DNA of 64,000 nt, taken from Hadesarchaea archaeon (lineage in GTDB: Archaea > Hadarchaeota > Hadarchaeia > Hadarchaeales > Hadarchaeaceae). Below, in pieces: positions 30,003 to 37,653 of this stretch. Numbering within the stretch: position 1 is the stretch's first letter; each line of letters opens with the position of its first letter. The stretch lies in assembly GCA_029259175.1 (NCBI GenBank), contig JAPDJH010000001.1, forward strand, positions 185,783 to 249,782. Reading direction: 5' to 3'. The position numbers and the translations under genes were made by a program. The notes beneath the pieces were generated by a model. That model saw only the letters and a program-made list of their open reading frames with translations, was not told the origin of the DNA and ran no database searches.

Positions 30003-30584
30003 TCACAGCCTCCGGCAGTACTTCACCACCTCGCAGTACCCGCACCGCTCCACGCTCACCGGCCTAGGCGGCGAATCGCTCTCCACCACCCGCCGCATCC
30101 GCTCCAGATCCCGAACCAGCTGCCGCTTGTCTTCCGGGCTCACCCAGACCGAAAGCAGGCACCTTGCCGGGAGCACGTAAATCACAGCCCTCCTGATCGC
30201 CGCCCCGAACTTGCGTTCCAGCAACAGCACGTATGCTGTCATCTGCTTGCGCCAAGCCCTCGAAACATAGGTGAAATCCGAGTACTTCACCTCCACCGGC
30301 ACCAGTTCGCCGTTCTTGAGCCTCAAAACCAGATCCGCCTTACCGAACAGGCCGAGTTCCTTGTCCTCGAGCGGCACATCGTGCAAAATCGCGGCAACCT
30401 CTTCCTCGGGAAAGCCAAACACGGTGCGTCTGCGCTTGCTCCGGCCAGGTTCGCGCTCGTGTTGTCTCTGCCCTAGCTCCATCTTTTTCCGCTCAGGAGG
30501 ATAAAGGCCTAGTTTTCGAATGAAGTAGAGCTTGCGTGGGCAGTAGAAGTACTGATACACCTCCCAGACCGAGAACTCCATCAA
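30003..30584 (-). CDS. cas4: Cas4
   Basis: YCPRK, GKAD, PVEVK, QMTAY, C-terminal CGYC...C Fe-S ligands. Confidence 0.95.
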   Translation of the reverse strand: MMEFSVWEVYQYFYCPRKLYFIRKLGLYPPERKKMELGQRQHEREPGRSKRRRTVFGFPEEEVAAILHDVPLEDKELGLFGKADLVLRLKNGELVPVEVKYSDFTYVSRAWRKQMTAYVLLLERKFGAAIRRAVIYVLPARCLLSVWVSPEDKRQLVRDLERMRRVVESDSPPRPVSVERCGYCEVVKYCRRL

Positions 30585-30654
30585 AATTACTCACAACGAT
30601 TTTCAATTAATAGGGCGCCCCAACGGGTTGAAAAAACTCTAACTACTATTCCGT

Positions 30655-30680
30655 GTTAGCTAATGGTGGTTAGCTAACCA
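30655..30680. promoter_or_regulatory. Tandem palindromic operator-like site
   Basis: GTTAGCTAAT followed by the perfect 14-bp palindrome TGGTTAGCTAACCA upstream of cas4. Confidence 0.45.
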
Positions 30681-30835
30681 TGATTGTAAAAAGAAAGGAA
30701 ATGAGAGAACTCCCCAAAGCGAGAGACTAGCTTTTACGAACCTTCGTAGCAAAAACGGCAACCCAAAAGCTACGTCATGCACGCTCGCTCGCATGGCAAC
30801 TGCGAACCTTCATAACCACGCGCCCGAAAACCCCT

Positions 30836-30955
30836 TCAGAAATCTTCCTCCCGCATCTGATCCAACAACCGCTTTAACTCCTCCGGGCGCACACTTTTCG
30901 GTTTAGTCTCCACCACTACGCGCTTCTTGTCACTTTCCCGCCTCGATGCTCGCAT
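30836..30955 (-). CDS. Small charged ORF (39 aa), possible antitoxin remnant
   Basis: MRASRRESDKKRVVVETKPKSVRPEELKRLLDQMREEDF; acidic helical tail resembles archaeal antitoxins. Confidence 0.3.
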   Translation of the reverse strand: MRASRRESDKKRVVVETKPKSVRPEELKRLLDQMREEDF

Positions 30956-30992
30956 ATGAATTATATCCAGCATGAAAGATTTTAGATTTTTT

Positions 30993-32018
30993 TCACCACC
31001 GTTGCCAGAAGCCCTCGTACCGGGCCTCCTCGCCGCGCAAGAACTTGGCAAGCCTGCGAGCCTGATACAGAATCGCGTCACTCCACCTGAACTTACGGTC
31101 GCCGACCCGAACCTCGGACTCGAAGCGCTCCAAGAGCTCCTGCAGATAGAACCGCCTGACCTCGTCTCGCATCTGGCATATTCCCTGCACCATTTCAAAT
31201 CTGGCATGCGATACCATCCGCTTGCTCACAAGCTTCACCACCAAGCGGTCGACCAGATGAGGTCTGAACTCCTCCATAAGATCCAAAACCATGCTCGGCT
31301 TCCCTGGTCGATCCGCGTGCAGAAACCCACCGTATGGATCGAGCCCTGCATAGTGTACGCCACGCCAGACCTCACCAAGCAAAACCCCATACCCGTAGTT
31401 CAGCATAGCGTTTACTGGATCCCGGGCATAGCGTCCGCTCCGGCCTCCGAATCCAAGAGAGCACAAAATCCTCCCGAGAGCATCCCAGTACGCTTGAGCA
31501 GCCCGTCCTTCTACGTTCATCAGCTCTAACCTCACTTCTTCCACGCTTTTCCCCTTTATCTCAGCTATTTCACCCACCAGCGCCCGGATATGCTGAGCCG
31601 CGCCGTAGAGCACCTCGGCCGTCTTCGTGTCCGTGTCTCTGCGCTTCTTGGCAAGCGTTCCCAAAACAGCCGCTTGATTCTTCAGCTTGGCCTCAATTAC
31701 CGCCTTTGCAACCGTTGCTCCACGTTCATCCAAGTACGCGTAGTACTGCTGACGTCTAGTGTTCACCGTGCGCATTTCAGGTGGTGACAGCCTCGCTTGC
31801 ACGTTCCCTCTCAAATCGACCAACAACACGTCAACTCCGTGTTCAGCCAGCAAAGCGAGCGCGTCCGTGCTCACACTCCCCTTCCCCGATATGACCACCT
31901 GCTCCAGCTCCCGCGGTTGTAGGCGGGCCACAGTTCTGCCCTCCTCTCTAACGATAATCGTCTCGCCCTTCCGCCCGAGAAACTTCCCGAAGCCATCGAC
32001 GACCAGCCTCACTCGCAC
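30993..32018 (-). CDS. cas1: Cas1
   Basis: EGRAAQAYW, DPVNAMLNYGY, GLDPYGGFLH, DLMEEFR; GTG start after GGAGGT. Confidence 0.97.
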   Translation of the reverse strand: MRVRLVVDGFGKFLGRKGETIIVREEGRTVARLQPRELEQVVISGKGSVSTDALALLAEHGVDVLLVDLRGNVQARLSPPEMRTVNTRRQQYYAYLDERGATVAKAVIEAKLKNQAAVLGTLAKKRRDTDTKTAEVLYGAAQHIRALVGEIAEIKGKSVEEVRLELMNVEGRAAQAYWDALGRILCSLGFGGRSGRYARDPVNAMLNYGYGVLLGEVWRGVHYAGLDPYGGFLHADRPGKPSMVLDLMEEFRPHLVDRLVVKLVSKRMVSHARFEMVQGICQMRDEVRRFYLQELLERFESEVRVGDRKFRWSDAILYQARRLAKFLRGEEARYEGFWQRW

Positions 32019-32896
32019 ACCTCCAGAAACATGCAGCTGGGCGGGCATTGTTTGGCCTTCCCCGGATCTCTGCGTTGGGCCACCAGCTCCAGCTTGCGGT
32101 CGCGCTCCTCCAGCCACCAGTTCCGGAGATCGTCGTTGATGAAGAAGATATCGCGCTCCACCACCACCCTGCCGTTGCGGAAGTTGACGAGCACTGAACA
32201 CCCAACATCCACGGGCACTTCGTAAAGGCTCTCGAACACCAGTGCGTAACCCGTGGGGTACAGCCTGTAGAAGTCCCTCCGTGGTCCGCCCACCTTGACA
32301 TCGAAGACGATGTGACGCAGATAGTCGTAGCAGTCGACGCTCAGGGTTCCGCTCAGCCCCAGCAAGGTCCCGCTGAGCTTGTGCTCGACCAAAAAGGGCA
32401 GGGCGGTCGCGAGCACGTCCTGTTCGCTCGCATAGGGATGGGCGGCTCGGATCTCTTGGTAGGCGGCTCGCGCCTGGCTGAAGGAGAACTCCCACAAGGG
32501 CTCCAGACATTCCCGGAAGGCCTCGGCCCCCTCCAACTCCGGTTTTCGGCGCTCCAGCTCATGGGCCCACCACTCCTCAAAACTTATCCCGAAGTTTCCG
32601 CGCCTCACTTCGGAGAAGAGGTGCTCGAGCAGGTTGTGGGCGCTCGCACCCAGCAGGATCTCGCGCGTGCGCTTAGCGGCCCTGCGCTCCACATACATCA
32701 GGTACACGTCACGCGCCGTCTCGCAAAAGCGGCCGCAGACCGCAAACATCGAGATCCGCTCCGGATAGTACGGCCTCAGCGGCTCACGCCACCAGTTCCA
32801 CCCGCGGAGCTCCGGGCTCACGCCCACCTCGCGAGCCAGCGGCTGCACGCGGTTGATCAGGTACTTGTGCTCTTGGGCCGTCAGGAAAAAGACCAT
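32009..32896 (-). CDS. csa1: Type I-A Csa1 (Cas4-family)
   Basis: VSPELRGWNW, FCETARDVYL, LLGLS, GYALVFES, LRNWWLEERD, C-terminal Cys cluster. Confidence 0.9.
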   Translation of the reverse strand: MVFFLTAQEHKYLINRVQPLAREVGVSPELRGWNWWREPLRPYYPERISMFAVCGRFCETARDVYLMYVERRAAKRTREILLGASAHNLLEHLFSEVRRGNFGISFEEWWAHELERRKPELEGAEAFRECLEPLWEFSFSQARAAYQEIRAAHPYASEQDVLATALPFLVEHKLSGTLLGLSGTLSVDCYDYLRHIVFDVKVGGPRRDFYRLYPTGYALVFESLYEVPVDVGCSVLVNFRNGRVVVERDIFFINDDLRNWWLEERDRKLELVAQRRDPGKAKQCPPSCMFLEVCE

Positions 32897-33007
32897 CTGT
32901 TCCCCCAATTAAAGTGAACCGCTGGAGTTTTATCCAGTACTCCCAGAGAAATTGAATAGCACCTTCCCACTAATCGGGTCGCCAAACTGCGGATGGAAAA
33001 TCACAAA

Positions 33008-33043
33008 CTTTAATCCTCGCTTTTCGAAGGGCACTATTGAAAC
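33008..33043 (-). CRISPR. Solitary degenerate CRISPR repeat SR1
   Basis: + strand CTTTAATCCTCGCTTTTCGAAGGGCACTATTGAAAC aligns end-to-end with the array repeat, same orientation. Confidence 0.85.
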
Positions 33044-33150
33044 CTGAAACTTGGTCGGCGGGATAAACCGGTACTTTGCTGAGCGGAAGTGGATCTGATG
33101 CAGCCATGTGTATTCCCAAGGCTGGACCCCTCTGAAATGATTAAACCCTT

Positions 33151-33169
33151 ATATGCATATGTATGCATA
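33151..33169. promoter_or_regulatory. Tandem TATGCATA palindromes, likely TA autoregulatory operator overlapping the promoter
   Basis: ATATGCATAT-G-TATGCATA immediately after CCCTT(ATAT), ending 10 bp before the antitoxin ATG. Confidence 0.6.
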
Positions 33170-33179
33170 GTTAATACCG

Positions 33180-33425
33180 ATGGGAAGTGTGGTCATACGC
33201 ATAAGCCCGGAGACGCGTGAACTCCTCAAGCAGCGAGCTGCCAAGGACCAGACCTACGACCAGATTATCCAAGAGATGGTAGAGGTCTACGACGCACTGA
33301 TGGCAGAGTTCGAACGCATGCTTCGTGATACCCCGGAGCGGGAATGGATCAGCCATCGGCAACTTCTCAAGGACTTGGGGCTGACCGAGGAAGAAATCGA
33401 GCGCGAACGGGAGAAGCTTGATTAG
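33180..33425 (+). CDS. Ribbon-helix-helix-type antitoxin
   Basis: VIRISPETRELLK...TYDQII N-terminus; acidic C-terminus; overlaps the toxin. Confidence 0.75.
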   Translation: MGSVVIRISPETRELLKQRAAKDQTYDQIIQEMVEVYDALMAEFERMLRDTPEREWISHRQLLKDLGLTEEEIEREREKLD

Positions 33426-33693
33426 ATATCATCCCTTTTTCGAGCGGCAGCTGGGGAAGCTGCCCCGTGGCCTTCAGCGGCGCATCTTGGCGCGAATTGT
33501 GGAATATCATGAGACCGGGCGGGGAGACGTTCGAAAGATCCTCGGTGATCTCGAGGCGCTGAGGGTTGGAAGTTATCGGATCTATTTGGGTTGGGTGGGG
33601 AACGAGCTCAGGGTGGTCTCCGTCTTCCACCGTAGGGTCGTATACTCCAAACACCTGCTCAAGGCTGCCCTCCGGAGGCTCAGGCGGGAGTAA
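33418..33693 (+). CDS. RelE/ParE-family toxin
   Basis: FERQLGKLP...GDVRKILG...LRVGSYRI...VFHRRVVY; basic, 91 aa. Confidence 0.85.
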   Translation: MIRYHPFFERQLGKLPRGLQRRILARIVEYHETGRGDVRKILGDLEALRVGSYRIYLGWVGNELRVVSVFHRRVVYSKHLLKAALRRLRRE

Positions 33694-33792
33694 CTCTCGA
33701 GGAGATCGGTCTTCGTGCAGAAAAGCGTGCGAAGGAGTGCTAGCAATCACCACCGTCGGGGCTGTGATCGGGAGGACAGATCGGTGCTTCAC

Positions 33793-33825
33793 CTTTCAAT
33801 CCTTTTTGAGGCCTGCTGTTGAAAC
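33793..33825 (-). CRISPR. Solitary degenerate CRISPR repeat SR2
   Basis: + strand CTTTCAATCCTTTTTGAGGCCTGCTGTTGAAAC; the array repeat with an internal 4-nt shortening, same orientation. Confidence 0.85.
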
Positions 33826-33859
33826 GGGGAGAGGGATCCGATAGACACACGTTGCGTGC

Positions 33860-34049
33860 CGTCCGCCGAGTAGCCAAACGCCTCCGCCCCGAGCCGCTGG
33901 AAGACCACCTTCCCGACTTTCTCCGCGGCCTGTTGCGACAGAAAGCAAACCCACTCGTGAAACCCGCCACGGAGTTCGGACTCGGCGTTCTCCGGATTTC
34001 GCTCGGCCTGCCGCATCCAGTCCGCGCTGCGCTCTGCCGCCGCCCACAT
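33860..34049 (-). pseudogene. Truncated HEPN-domain protein (N-terminal half)
   Basis: ERSADWMRQAERN...GFHEWVCFLSQQAAEK...LGAEAFGYS is a HEPN N-terminus; the frame then runs into SR2 and stops at 33789. Confidence 0.7.
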
Positions 34050-34092
34050 CCCTTGGCGTCCCCTGTGCTCAAGGCTAGGCGCCACCGAGCCC

Positions 34093-34377
34093 TTAAACCA
34101 CCCGCACGTCCTCTGCACGAGCCGGTTCGAGCCGCTCCCGAGCGACCGCGCACCACAGGCGCACACAACGTTCGCACAGGGGTACCACGTAAATCCGGTC
34201 GCGCTCGCTCCCGATGAACTCGGGCAGCTCCTTCAACAGCGCGTGGCGGTCGTGGGGGTTGAGCTCACCGCAGAACGCGCTCAGCTGTACCCGCTGCAAG
34301 CCGTAGTCAAAAAGCCGGTTCGCCAAACGCTCGCGCATCCGGTCAGAGCTTATGTCGTAGATCACCAGCGTCTGCAT
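34093..34377 (-). CDS. cas2: Cas2
   Basis: LVIYDISSDRMR...YGLQRVQLSAFCG...VPLCERC. Confidence 0.95.
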   Translation of the reverse strand: MQTLVIYDISSDRMRERLANRLFDYGLQRVQLSAFCGELNPHDRHALLKELPEFIGSERDRIYVVPLCERCVRLWCAVARERLEPARAEDVRVV

Positions 34378-34471
34378 CTCGCCGCCCCGGAAAAAATGGA
34401 AGACCCCACTTATCCGAATTTTTATCGTTGGTTTTATAACCACCCGCTGCAAGATTGAAAAGGCGGCCCCC

Positions 34472-34801
34472 ATGACTCGCAAAACGGGTAAGGCCCTTCA
34501 GCGCGCGCGCCAGCAGATCCGGGCGGCAAAACTCGCACGTGCAAAAAGGGAGCTGGCCGCGGCGGGGATTCCGCTGACCTTCAAGCGACCGCCAGCGCAC
34601 GTCCTCAAAGAAAAGGGAGAAGAGCTCCGCAAGCTCTATCTCGAGATGTACCAAAAAGCACCGCCCGCGGACGAGGAGGGATGGGTCACCCCCGACGAGG
34701 CCACGGAGGAAGAAACGGAGGAAGGCGGGAGCACTGAAAAGTCAGAGAGTGCGCCGCCAGCGAAAGAAAAAACCGAGCCAACAGAAGCGGCCGGAAGCTG
34801 A
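34472..34801 (+). CDS. Hypothetical protein with basic N-terminus and acidic disordered C-terminus
   Basis: 109 aa with coding-like composition; TTTTATAA upstream. Confidence 0.6.
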   Translation: MTRKTGKALQRARQQIRAAKLARAKRELAAAGIPLTFKRPPAHVLKEKGEELRKLYLEMYQKAPPADEEGWVTPDEATEEETEEGGSTEKSESAPPAKEKTEPTEAAGS

Positions 34802-34851
34802 CCGTTCCATTTTATAGGCCGTGAGAAGAAACACTATACGGCCGTGATCGA

Positions 34852-35115
34852 TTGAAGCGATACAAGCGATTGGGAAGCCTCGGAAAGACCGAGAAGGGTG
34901 AGCTCGTTCTCGTGAATCGTGAAGGGCAGGCGTTTCTGGCTGGCGATCTGGCCATCGCCATATGGAACATGTGCGACGGCAAAATCAGCATCGAACAGAT
35001 CGTGGTGCGGATAAGCAAAATCGCTTCGGTGGACGAACAAGTCGCCAGGCCCCTGATCGAAGGAGTTCTTCAGCAAATGGAGCGAGTCCAGCTGATGGAA
35101 GTAATCAAGGAGTGA
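34852..35115 (+). CDS. PqqD/RiPP-recognition-element family protein
   Basis: LVLVN...AIAIWNMCDGKISIEQIV...VLQQM..VQL: three beta strands plus three helices, PqqD pattern. Confidence 0.75.
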   Translation: MKRYKRLGSLGKTEKGELVLVNREGQAFLAGDLAIAIWNMCDGKISIEQIVVRISKIASVDEQVARPLIEGVLQQMERVQLMEVIKE

Positions 35116-35839
35116 GTGGCTCGCTCGGCACGCCGGGGATGGCCTTTCCGTGCGAGGTCACGTTGACCAGGGGGGCGCCCAGATCCGTAGCCAGCCAGGA
35201 AAGGAGTTGTTCACAGATTCGGAGTTTTGCCCGGGTTCGCCGCGGATTCCTGCTGCCGGAGTGCTTGCCGATGCGGTCGCCCAGATCCATCCCGGCCAGC
35301 ATGATCTTTGATGCTCCAAGCTCGTGGGCCATGAAGGCCGCGCGGTCCCCATCGGTGAATCCGCCGAAATTGAAGAGCTTGCCAAAGGGCTTCACTTGGG
35401 TGGTACCCAACGCTCGAATCCCGCTGCGCAGTTCGTGTCCGATCTCCATCAGTTTCGAGACGTTATCCCCATGGGCGTGCACGACCAGCCAGGCGCCGGA
35501 ACGCCACGCCCTCAGCAAGTCCTTGAGATCGCCGTCCAGGTCCGTCACCACCACATCAGGGACTCGGTACTGTAGGAGAACCGAAGTCGCTCCGTCTGCG
35601 GTGATTATGGTTGCGTTCCGGAAGCCGCGGAGGCTCAGGGAGAGAGCGTCCTCTTCGAGTGACGGGCCCGCACCAAAGACCACGCAGGGGTGGCCTCGGA
35701 TCAGCCGGCGCAGTCCCTCTAGGTCCGGCTCTGAAAGGAGGGCGTTGAGAGTGCGCGCTGCCTCCGTGTCGGCCCGCTCGTCCAGCTCGAGTTCGCGGAC
35801 GATGCGCTGGTAGCGAGGTTTCCAGAGCGACCACTTCAC
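35105..35839 (-). CDS. mptE: 6-hydroxymethyl-7,8-dihydropterin pyrophosphokinase (DUF115)
   Basis: GAGPSL, ADGA, VTDLDG, VHAHGDN, GTTQ, NFGGFTDGDRA. Confidence 0.9.
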   Translation of the reverse strand: MKWSLWKPRYQRIVRELELDERADTEAARTLNALLSEPDLEGLRRLIRGHPCVVFGAGPSLEEDALSLSLRGFRNATIITADGATSVLLQYRVPDVVVTDLDGDLKDLLRAWRSGAWLVVHAHGDNVSKLMEIGHELRSGIRALGTTQVKPFGKLFNFGGFTDGDRAAFMAHELGASKIMLAGMDLGDRIGKHSGSRNPRRTRAKLRICEQLLSWLATDLGAPLVNVTSHGKAIPGVPSEPLTP

Positions 35840-36029
35840 CTGACCACCGGAGCTTCATAACTGGAAACCTTTCGAACTAAAAAAAGATAGTTGGTCGAGA
35901 AAGAAAAACACAATCACGCTCTGGTTAGCTGTCAGCTTAGAATCCAATTCTAGAAATATTAACATTGTTTTGGTTTCTATTCCAGCTTCAGCAATTACAT
36001 GAGCATCCCGCAAAACATAAATCTGCTTA

Positions 36030-36506
36030 TTATGGCTGATAATAGCAAACGCGAAGCTCAGGGTCGTAAACCTTGGGCTCCGGAAGCCTGCGGGCTCGCT
36101 CGGGCGTGATCCCGTCCGCGCGTCGCCACCCGTGCATGAGGGCGTTTGCGCGCAATCCGAGGTCAACCTTGCGCAGCAAGCAATTGGTGTCAGCCTGAAC
36201 CTCCTGGATCTTCTTCAGGGTGCACGCGGTGTCCCTTTGCACGCGTTTGATCTCCTCCTGGGTCCGGCTGATCTTGACCAGGCAGCGCTCGAGCTTCCGG
36301 AGGATGCGCTGGGTCTGCCGGCTGTAAGTCTCGATTATCTGCCGGGTCTGCCGGTTGGAGTTCCGGATGATGTGCCGGGTCTGCCGGTTCGAGGTCTCAA
36401 TCGTAGCTTGAATTATTCGCTGCGTCTGATAATTGCTCAGCACCACGGTTACGATTATCGGCAGGGTTATCGTCAGCACGGCCGTGAGCGCCTCCATCAC
36501 ACCCAT
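36030..36506 (-). CDS. Membrane-anchored coiled-coil protein with 11-residue repeats
   Basis: N-terminal TM, then [33 protein letters not shown]. Confidence 0.65.
   Translation of the reverse strand: MGVMEALTAVLTITLPIIVTVVLSNYQTQRIIQATIETSNRQTRHIIRNSNRQTRQIIETYSRQTQRILRKLERCLVKISRTQEEIKRVQRDTACTLKKIQEVQADTNCLLRKVDLGLRANALMHGWRRADGITPERARRLPEPKVYDPELRVCYYQP
36303..36401. repeat. Three imperfect 33-bp tandem repeats (coding)
   Basis: GGGTCTGCCGG core recurs at 33-bp spacing. Confidence 0.75.
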
Positions 36507-36661
36507 TGCTTTTTCACCTTCCGGGCATTTCTCGCTTTCGCTTTGCGCAGGCGTTGCTTTTAAAGGGAAAAAATCCAGCCGCACACACTCGAATCCGACG
36601 GCAACCCCTCCCGCATCACCCTTTTATCTCCATGCACTCATTACACTCTGAGGTGATCCGA

Positions 36662-37648
36662 ATGGCCAAAATCTATTACGACAGAGACGCCGATCTCGGC
36701 GTGCTCAAGGACAAGACCATCGCCATCATCGGCTACGGCAACCAGGGCCAGGCACAGGCGAACAACCTGCGCGATTCCGGCTGCAAGGTCATAATCGGAA
36801 GCATACGCGACGCCAGCTACGATCAGGCGGTCCGCGACGGCTTCGAGGTCTACGACATCCCGGAGGCCGCCAAGCGGGGAGACATCGTCCACATGCTGAT
36901 CCCAGACGAGTACCAGGCAGAGGTCTACCAGCGCGACATAGCCCAGCACATGACGCGCGGCAAAGCGCTGTGCTTCAGCCACGGCTTCAACATCCACTTC
37001 AAACAGATCGTCCCGCCCTCCGACGTGGACGTGATAATGATCGCCCCGAAGGGACCCGGAGCCATCGTGCGCCGAATGTACCTCGAGGGCTTCGGGGTCC
37101 CAGGATTGCTGGCCGTCCAGCAGGACGCCACGGGTCAAGCAAAGCAAATCGCTCTGGCGCTGGCAAAGGGCGTAGGGCTCACCCGTGCAGGGGTCATCGA
37201 GACCACCTTCAAGGAAGAAGTGGAGACCGATCTCTTCGGCGAACAAGTGGTCCTGTGTGGAGGGGTCTCGGAACTCATCAAAGCCGGTTTCGAGACCCTC
37301 GTCGAAGCCGGCTACCAGCCCGAGATCGCGTACTTCGAGTGTCTCAACGAACTCAAACTCATCGTCGACCTCATCTACGAGCGCGGAATGGAGGGAATGT
37401 GGGCCGCGGTGAGCAACACCGCCGAGTACGGCGGCCGCACGCGTGGACCGCGTCTCATCGACCCCCACGTCCGGGAGACCATGCACAAAATACTCGCCGA
37501 CATCCAGAGCGGGGCCTTCGCCGAGGAGTGGATCAAGGAGAGCAAGAGCGGCTGCCCCAACTTGAAGCGAATGCGAGAGGAGGCCAAAACACACCTGATA
37601 GAGCGGGTGGGCCGGGAACTCCGCAAACTTGCAGGAATCGAAAAGTAA
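36662..37648 (+). CDS. ilvC: Ketol-acid reductoisomerase
   Basis: [38 protein letters not shown]. Confidence 0.97.
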   Translation: MAKIYYDRDADLGVLKDKTIAIIGYGNQGQAQANNLRDSGCKVIIGSIRDASYDQAVRDGFEVYDIPEAAKRGDIVHMLIPDEYQAEVYQRDIAQHMTRGKALCFSHGFNIHFKQIVPPSDVDVIMIAPKGPGAIVRRMYLEGFGVPGLLAVQQDATGQAKQIALALAKGVGLTRAGVIETTFKEEVETDLFGEQVVLCGGVSELIKAGFETLVEAGYQPEIAYFECLNELKLIVDLIYERGMEGMWAAVSNTAEYGGRTRGPRLIDPHVRETMHKILADIQSGAFAEEWIKESKSGCPNLKRMREEAKTHLIERVGRELRKLAGIEK

Positions 37649-37653
37649 AGGCC

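Noticed and set aside
32019-32510. Apparent 160-aa N-terminal extension of Cas1 suggesting a fusion
   Set aside because: It overlaps csa1 in another frame, and Cas1 has its own RBS and GTG at 32018.
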